Positions 58,307 through 64,000 of a stretch of 64,000 bases of DNA are shown here, piece after piece. The DNA comes from a virus. The translations under genes and the position numbers were made by a program. Positions within the stretch are counted from its first letter, which is position 1; every line of letters starts with the position of its first letter. The DNA is taken from positions 7,929 to 71,928 of IMG/VR virus record IMGVR_UViG_3300038321_000157. One strand, given 5' to 3'. The notes below the pieces were generated by a model, which saw only the letters and a list, made by a program, of their open reading frames with translations, was not told where the DNA came from and ran no database searches.

Positions 58307-58479
58307 TTATCATCCCTTTCTTTCTAATTTTATAAATTTCCAAATTATTGTATATTTTTGCAAAAATATAAACGCCTAGATTTCGGCGTTTCTAAGGGGT
58401 AAAATCAACGCCAAATTAAAGTTTTATCACGATATTATAAATCAAAATTAATATATATATTTATATTAATATTTTAATG

Positions 58480-59469
58480 CTATGAAGCATATCGCCTATA
58501 TCCATCATATTTACTTTGCTCAGATAATTGACAATATACCTGAGTGGTATCAGGAGAACTATGTCCTAACATTGCTTGAACTAATGCTAAGTCTGCACCT
58601 GAATTTAATAAATTAGAAGCAAATGTGTGGCGGCACTTGTGAACGTGCAATTTTATATTTGCCTTATCTCCAAGATTATTAAAAATTCTTTGTATCCCTC
58701 TATTGGATAATCTTCTATATTCTTTTCTTTCAGTGACAAATAAAGCTTCACAATTATCATTCCTATTATTTAGGTATTTTTTTAAATAATGAGTTGCTTT
58801 AAAATTAAAATAAACTATTCTTTCAGAATTACCTTTTCCTATTACTTTTATTGATTGATATTTCCAATTTATATCATTAATATTTAATTGAGACAACTCA
58901 TTTAAACGGCAACCCGTTGCAATAAAAAGCTCGAATATGGCTTTTTCACGTAACGTTGTACAATTCTCTCTAAGTGTTTCTACTTGTTCTTCAGATAATG
59001 CTTTTGGTAATCTTTTTTCTTTTTTGGGAGCGTTAATTTTGTTCATAGGATTTTTTATTATTACCTCTTCTCTAACCATAATTTTAAAGAATGATTTAAG
59101 AACATATATTTTCTTTCCAATAGAACTTTGTTTCAATTTTGGAAATTTAGATAAATACAATCTAATATCATTACTTGTAATTGCAGGTAATGATTTGTTT
59201 ATATTTTTGTTAAATATATTAAGTTCTAGTTTATAAGTATCTAAAGTAATATCACTTAATCCTTCCAATTTTTTAATTGATAAAAACATATTTATGTAAT
59301 AGGATATGTCGGCATCTTCAATATTATCAGTTTTATAATTTATATTATATTTATATAATATTGAAGAAAAATGTGATTTAAGTTCTATTAAATTGATAGG
59401 AGTATCTAAAGAATTAATTGAATTTACTTCTGAAACTTTTTGTAACAATTCGTTTAATAAAGATTCCAT
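58480..59469 (-). CDS. Second tyrosine recombinase (XerD-like), catalytic residues intact
   Basis: TGCRLNEL; GKG; HKCRHTFA; LGHSS..TT.VY. Confidence 0.9.
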   Translation of the reverse strand: MESLLNELLQKVSEVNSINSLDTPINLIELKSHFSSILYKYNINYKTDNIEDADISYYINMFLSIKKLEGLSDITLDTYKLELNIFNKNINKSLPAITSNDIRLYLSKFPKLKQSSIGKKIYVLKSFFKIMVREEVIIKNPMNKINAPKKEKRLPKALSEEQVETLRENCTTLREKAIFELFIATGCRLNELSQLNINDINWKYQSIKVIGKGNSERIVYFNFKATHYLKKYLNNRNDNCEALFVTERKEYRRLSNRGIQRIFNNLGDKANIKLHVHKCRHTFASNLLNSGADLALVQAMLGHSSPDTTQVYCQLSEQSKYDGYRRYAS

Positions 59470-59662
59470 TATTAATATCCCTTCTTTATGTATTTTATTT
59501 ATTAATTAATTGTAACATAAAGAAGGGGATTAAACAATAAAATAATAAATAAATTTATATTATTGTTTTAATAATACTATAAATACAAAAGTAAATTATT
59601 GTTAATACATTTTCGACAAATTATGTAAGTTATATTTAAGTAAACTGCTTCGTCTCTATAGT

Positions 59663-59917
59663 CTACTGCGTAACAAACTCCACTTCTTCTGTATCGGGAT
59701 TTATTCGATATCCTCTACAAATTGCGAAGCTATCGCTTAATTCTCCGAAGGTGAGTTGTTTAACCCCTAAATGTTCCGGTGCAATTAATGTCAATACTGG
59801 CATTACTTCCATATCCTGCTCCAGCGTGGTTTCTACCACATCGCCTTCCATTTGGCCTTTATCCCAAATCACAACGCCATTCGTTTTCTTATAATATATT
59901 TTTCGTCCTATTTGCAT
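59663..59917 (-). CDS. Small tail-fibre-associated protein (putative chaperone)
   Basis: MQIGRKIYY..G..VETTLEQD..GYRINPDT pattern; directly after the fibre gene. Confidence 0.6.
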   Translation of the reverse strand: MQIGRKIYYKKTNGVVIWDKGQMEGDVVETTLEQDMEVMPVLTLIAPEHLGVKQLTFGELSDSFAICRGYRINPDTEEVEFVTQ

Positions 59918-59928
59918 TTCATTACCTC

Positions 59929-61860
59929 CTATTCAAAAGCATACCAATAATATGTATTTGTATAACCAACTGGTAAACAAAAACCAGTACTATTAACATA
60001 CATAGGTGCATCAGCAATTATATAAGAATAATATTCATCACAAATATAATGTAAATTATTGTTAGCTGTCTTAATTACTCCAGCAGCTTGATAAATTACA
60101 GGTTTTGTATATGATGATGTTCGGTCAACTACTAGAATTGTTGAAGGAGTAAATGTTAGTCCTGAAACAGTAACAACATATTTATCATAAGTACTTGAAG
60201 AGGTGTTATTATATCCCTGAATACTATAGGTAGTACTGCCTCGCGAAATAGTCCCACTTGCAAACTTTTTCATCCCCGAACCATCGACCGCATTACCGGC
60301 TACCCCAAAAATACTCTTCCCAGATAGGATATTAGTTGCTAATAGGTTAGCATCCCCTTTGATAGTCTGTATCCCAGCTAAATACTGCCCCGCTGCAATA
60401 GTTTGGTTAGCCGTTCCGGGTGTATAAGTCTGAGCAGCTTTGCTCGTAATAGTACCTGTAATCTCTCCTGCATCCGTTGTTGCCGTTTTGCCAGAGAGAA
60501 GGTCAGATGCAGTAGCAGTACCCGAAGCACCTTCACCCTGTAATATAAAATTTGTGCCATCATACCTCAATGTATAAATGCCATTAGCTTTTAGGTTTGT
60601 AACATCGGTACCATTAGCTTTTTTAATGGCTTTTGCACCTAACCCATTTATGTTAATAGTAGATGCGCCGGTACTGTCCACATTAATCTTTACAGCAATT
60701 GCCATACCAGCAACCAAAGACGTTGGTGCGGGGTTGAGAGTAACAGCATAGGTATTAGTACTACCACTTGATATTGTATATGGTACATGCTGCGTTTCAT
60801 CGGCCAAATGTTCACTAACTTTTTTCCCAACACCACTAACCAAAGGTCTTTTATCAACAATCGTATTTACAGTTTTATCTGATTTTGTACTAACCGTACC
60901 TATTGTTATACTACCTATTGAAGTAGTTCCATCTGTACTACTTGCAAAATTACCATCATTTTTTAAATAAATAGTATAAGTAGTACTTGCGGTTACTGGT
61001 GTAATATTTAAAGTAGTATCAGATGTTTTTGTTATAGTATTGATTGTTGTGGAATTAAATGTTTCACCTGAACCTGAAGATATTGTTATAGATAATGTAT
61101 CTGTTCCAGATGTGTAAGTTGCAGATTTTATTTTGAATGGAGTTTCTCCACTATCCAAAACTTCATTAATAGCACCAACTAAAGAAGTTTTATTATTTGT
61201 ATTTAAATTAGATAATGTTTCACCATTACCAGCTAAAAATAATTCAAAATAATTTTCATTAGTTGGATAATTACCTGTACTGTCTACAATACAACGATAT
61301 AAATTAGCATTGTAATAAACCAAATCATTTACATGATACTGTGTACTTGCAGAAAAATTGCCTTGTGGTGTTACCCCCACACCGTAACCTGTGTCACCCT
61401 TAATACTAAGAGTTCTCCAATATGTAGAACTAGAAGATGGGGTTTGATTTAAAGAATCTTGTAGTGCAATATAAACATTATCATCTGAATAATGTACGAA
61501 ATTCATTGTTTCATATGTTATAGCAGGATCATAAGTACCTTTATCAGTAAATTGTGCTATTAACGCATCAAATTCTGTTTGTTTGGTTGTAATGTAACCT
61601 TCTACCGAATTTTTGAAAAAGTTTTCAACCGCATAAACGCAACTCGCAAATTTATTCCATACTTCAGGAGTTAAAATATAATCTTGAAGCAAAGTTGTTA
61701 AGGATTGAAATTCAGTTTCTTCTTCAGAAGTTCTAGTCTTCTGTCTTAATACCATATATCTCTCTGCATTTGTTACTTGAGAAACTGGAAGATCGAGAAG
61801 TTGAACAAAACTATCAAGATTTGTTGGAAAACTCGATAATGAACCATCTAAATAACTCAA
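59929..61860 (-). CDS. Tail fibre / receptor-binding protein
   Basis: Thr/Ser/Gly-rich; carbohydrate-binding-like Y..ND.V.Y repeats; LVGAINEV; HLAD..H module; A.KIL.GKSIFGVAG. Confidence 0.75.
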   Translation of the reverse strand: MSYLDGSLSSFPTNLDSFVQLLDLPVSQVTNAERYMVLRQKTRTSEEETEFQSLTTLLQDYILTPEVWNKFASCVYAVENFFKNSVEGYITTKQTEFDALIAQFTDKGTYDPAITYETMNFVHYSDDNVYIALQDSLNQTPSSSSTYWRTLSIKGDTGYGVGVTPQGNFSASTQYHVNDLVYYNANLYRCIVDSTGNYPTNENYFELFLAGNGETLSNLNTNNKTSLVGAINEVLDSGETPFKIKSATYTSGTDTLSITISSGSGETFNSTTINTITKTSDTTLNITPVTASTTYTIYLKNDGNFASSTDGTTSIGSITIGTVSTKSDKTVNTIVDKRPLVSGVGKKVSEHLADETQHVPYTISSGSTNTYAVTLNPAPTSLVAGMAIAVKINVDSTGASTININGLGAKAIKKANGTDVTNLKANGIYTLRYDGTNFILQGEGASGTATASDLLSGKTATTDAGEITGTITSKAAQTYTPGTANQTIAAGQYLAGIQTIKGDANLLATNILSGKSIFGVAGNAVDGSGMKKFASGTISRGSTTYSIQGYNNTSSSTYDKYVVTVSGLTFTPSTILVVDRTSSYTKPVIYQAAGVIKTANNNLHYICDEYYSYIIADAPMYVNSTGFCLPVGYTNTYYWYAFE

Positions 61861-61882
61861 AAATAAAATCCTCCTTTCAAAT

Positions 61883-62914
61883 TCATACCACTAAAAAAGA
61901 AGGGTTAAAAACTCTTCCTGTTTTTGTTTTATAAAATTCATAAAAATCTTGTGGAGTAAAATTAGAAGTGCTATAAATTTTATGAAATTCGTCATGTAAT
62001 TCTCTTGTTAAACAAACGCCTAATGGATATTTATAATGTAATTCTAAACAAGTTTTTTCTGCTAAACTTAACTCATCTATAGTATATTTATTTATTTCAT
62101 CATATAAAGGTAATTTTGTGATTTGTATAATTTCATCGATAATCTTATAAAGAGGATATAAATGATGAATTACATCAAATCTTTGATTACTTATAATACA
62201 TTTATAATTACAATTTTTCATAGAATCATCTTTCCATTTTTGTATTCTATCTCTTAAATATCTAGTTAAACTACGTGTCCCTTTCCAATTAGGATGATTT
62301 TCTCCAACCCAAGATTTTAATCTTTCTAATTTCTTACATCCGCAACTCGTAGTATTATCACACATTAAAGCATTTTCACTAACAATATAATTTTTTGTTC
62401 CACAATCACAATTACAATACCATGCAAATCTTCCTTTAATATTTGGTGCTTGTTTTATCACTATTAATCTACCAAACTTTTGCCCTGTAATATCTTTAAA
62501 ATATAAATCATGTATTTTTTCTTTACGAAAACAACCACAAGAAAGAGTTGTATTGTTTACTAAAGCAGGAGTTGTAACATTAGCAGTATTACCACAATCA
62601 CATAAACATTCCCAAAGAGGTTTTTTATAATTAACGGTTCCTATTCTTTTAATAACTAATAGTTTCCCAAATCTCTGCCCAGTTAAATCATGTAATGAAG
62701 TAGAAGGTTTTCCTGTATTAATTTTTTTACTTAATTGTTCTTTATGTAAACAACCACAACTTTGTGATCTACCTTGAACTAAACTAGTTGAACTAATTAA
62801 TTTTTTAGTATGTTGTTCACAAGAACACTCACATAACCATTGAGCATCACCTTTATATTCTAATGCTTTCCATCTTCCAAAATGTTGACCAGTTAAATTT
62901 CTAAATTTACTCAA
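61883..62914 (-). CDS. HNH-type homing endonuclease with three N-terminal Cys modules
   Basis: Three copies of (D/N)(L/I)TGQ.FG...W.C.C.C...SCGC; NHPNWKG; IHHL..VCL..LH..FH; TTG start after GGGGTG. Confidence 0.75.
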   Translation of the reverse strand: MSKFRNLTGQHFGRWKALEYKGDAQWLCECSCEQHTKKLISSTSLVQGRSQSCGCLHKEQLSKKINTGKPSTSLHDLTGQRFGKLLVIKRIGTVNYKKPLWECLCDCGNTANVTTPALVNNTTLSCGCFRKEKIHDLYFKDITGQKFGRLIVIKQAPNIKGRFAWYCNCDCGTKNYIVSENALMCDNTTSCGCKKLERLKSWVGENHPNWKGTRSLTRYLRDRIQKWKDDSMKNCNYKCIISNQRFDVIHHLYPLYKIIDEIIQITKLPLYDEINKYTIDELSLAEKTCLELHYKYPLGVCLTRELHDEFHKIYSTSNFTPQDFYEFYKTKTGRVFNPSFLVV

Positions 62915-62984
62915 ATAATAAATCACCCCAAATAAAAAGAGAGGTAAAACCTCTCTAAAATAATTATTTATTATTAAATTTAAC

Positions 62985-63998
62985 TTAATATATTCGATAA
63001 GCTTGTAATCCCATATTCCCATCTGGCCTTAAAGAAACACTTATGTTTGTAATACAATATTTCCCAACTAAATTATTTTCAATATTATTAAAATATACGT
63101 TCTGATTTACATCAAGAATATAAATTGGAACTGAATTTATATTAATACTTTCTTGAAAATTTGTATGTTGCTCAATCTCCCAATCTCTCCAATCATCTGC
63201 TTGTTGTTGCGTACATAATTTATCATTTTCTTTAAAATAATTTCTCTGTCCAATCTTTTCAACAGTAAAATTACTATTAGGAGAATTTGCATTAGTTAAT
63301 GTTTTACTTGATTTTATCTGTGTCCCGTTATCTAATAATTTCCCATAGATAGTGAAATTATTTCTTATATTTTTAAAATCAATATTCTGACTACCATTCA
63401 ACGTATAATCTTTTTCTTCAAAATTCCAAATTATAGGACTATTTAATTTATTTTTCTTTTCTCTAAATACAAAGAATCCGTTTAAATCATAAAACGATTC
63501 CCAACTCATATAGAGATTTGTTAATTCTTCTACTATATCCCAAACTGTATTCCCAGCATCTTGTTCAATTTCATATGGTGTAGTATAAGGAGATGTATCA
63601 ATTAATACTCTAGTTTCTAATCCTTGAGTCATTACTGTAGATTTAATTGCATTACTTATAGGTGTATTCGCTTCAATAATTACCTTGTTCATCAATTGTC
63701 CACCAATATCATCATTCAATAAACAAGCTTTGTCATATCCTTTGATAGATATAGTTTTACTGACAACTTGTATATCAATTGAAGGATCAGAAATCACATA
63801 TATACCATAATCAAACCAAACTATTTCGCCAGTTACTACACTTCTAATTCCTACCCATAATCTAAATCTTTTATTTAACCATATTGGACTAGAAGGGGAG
63901 GGGATTAATTTAGATTTTAATGCCATTTTTAAATCACAAGTTCTTCTAACCGCACTTTCAGAAGTTATATCTATACTCCCATCAATAGCAATTCCTTC
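62985..63998 (-). CDS. Tail/baseplate-associated protein (DUF5048-like), 5'-truncated by window end
   Basis: Frame stays open upstream of the track ATG (EGIAIDGSIDITSESAVRRTCDLK); KRFRLWVGI..GIY..ISIKGYDK. Confidence 0.65.
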   Translation of the reverse strand, partial: EGIAIDGSIDITSESAVRRTCDLKMALKSKLIPSPSSPIWLNKRFRLWVGIRSVVTGEIVWFDYGIYVISDPSIDIQVVSKTISIKGYDKACLLNDDIGGQLMNKVIIEANTPISNAIKSTVMTQGLETRVLIDTSPYTTPYEIEQDAGNTVWDIVEELTNLYMSWESFYDLNGFFVFREKKNKLNSPIIWNFEEKDYTLNGSQNIDFKNIRNNFTIYGKLLDNGTQIKSSKTLTNANSPNSNFTVEKIGQRNYFKENDKLCTQQQADDWRDWEIEQHTNFQESININSVPIYILDVNQNVYFNNIENNLVGKYCITNISVSLRPDGNMGLQAYRIY

Positions 63999-64000
63999 AA

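Larger units (their letters stand above)
177..58427. repeat. Dispersed palindromic element, core ATAAAA-N6-TTTTAT, extended consensus AATCRTKATAAAA-N6-TTTTATMAYGATT; about 30 copies at gene junctions
   Basis: 18-bp cores read by eye starting at 177, 4169, 10774, 12135, 12895, 13991, 14247, 14474, 14704, 15104, 15723, 15936, 16194, 16694, 17120, 19402, 19831, 20024, 20921, 21673, 21701, 21815, 22427, 41647, 41870, 42150, 42701, 44783, 49724, 55851, 58410. Perfect cores at 12895 (ATAAAA TCCAGC TTTTAT), 41647 (ATAAAA GGCAGG TTTTAT) and 55851 (ATAAAA TACTTG TTTTAT). Confidence 0.8.

Noticed and set aside
196-60563. Short ORF-track entries antisense to or overlapping larger genes (e.g. 196-393, 998-1189, 1932-2126, 7033-7368, 20164-20454, 33844-34272, 58937-59236, 60378-60563)
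   Set aside because: They lie opposite well-supported genes, lack SD sequences, and have the Phe/Ile/Leu-rich composition of shadow frames in AT-rich DNA.
1-64000. Stop-codon reassignment, diversity-generating retroelement or retron
   Set aside because: Conserved genes are full length in the standard code; no reverse transcriptase or template/variable repeat pair noticed.

Overview
A 64-kb stretch of a large, AT-rich temperate phage of the SPbeta-like group, probably infecting an anaerobic Bacillota host (it carries class III RNR and ThyX). The window holds an intact attP (a 24-nt copy of a tmRNA 3' end plus five arm sites) between xis and int, with phage genes on both sides, so it represents the excised or packaged form. 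Layout: (1) 0.6-4.1 kb, a phage-borne agr-type peptide cassette: DUF5317-like membrane protein, kinase-less multi-TM receptor candidate, an unannotated 39-aa AgrD-like propeptide, an HTH-MazF fusion, a small ORF and AgrB. (2) 5.5-8.6 kb, a DGQHR protein, an MrpR/YopR-like dead-recombinase repressor and an XRE regulator, resembling the SPbeta lysogeny-control block. (3) 9-22 kb and 41.6-46.7 kb, arrays of small accessory ORFs, homing endonucleases and three orphan methyltransferases. About 30 copies of a palindromic ATAAAA-N6-TTTTAT element sit at gene junctions, mostly in these arrays. (4) 22.5-41.5 kb, an SPbeta-like replication operon (ligA, SSB-like, Sak4-like, helicase split by a group I intron, primase, RecJ, DnaE, RecD2). 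(5) 46.7-53.9 kb, nucleotide metabolism. (6) xis-attP-int. (7) On the minus strand: lysis genes, a second tyrosine recombinase and tail genes. The strongest novelty candidate is the agr-type signalling cassette wired to a phage-encoded MazF, at the position where SPbeta-like Bacillus phages carry arbitrium. All assignments come from visual motif recognition; no database searches were run.
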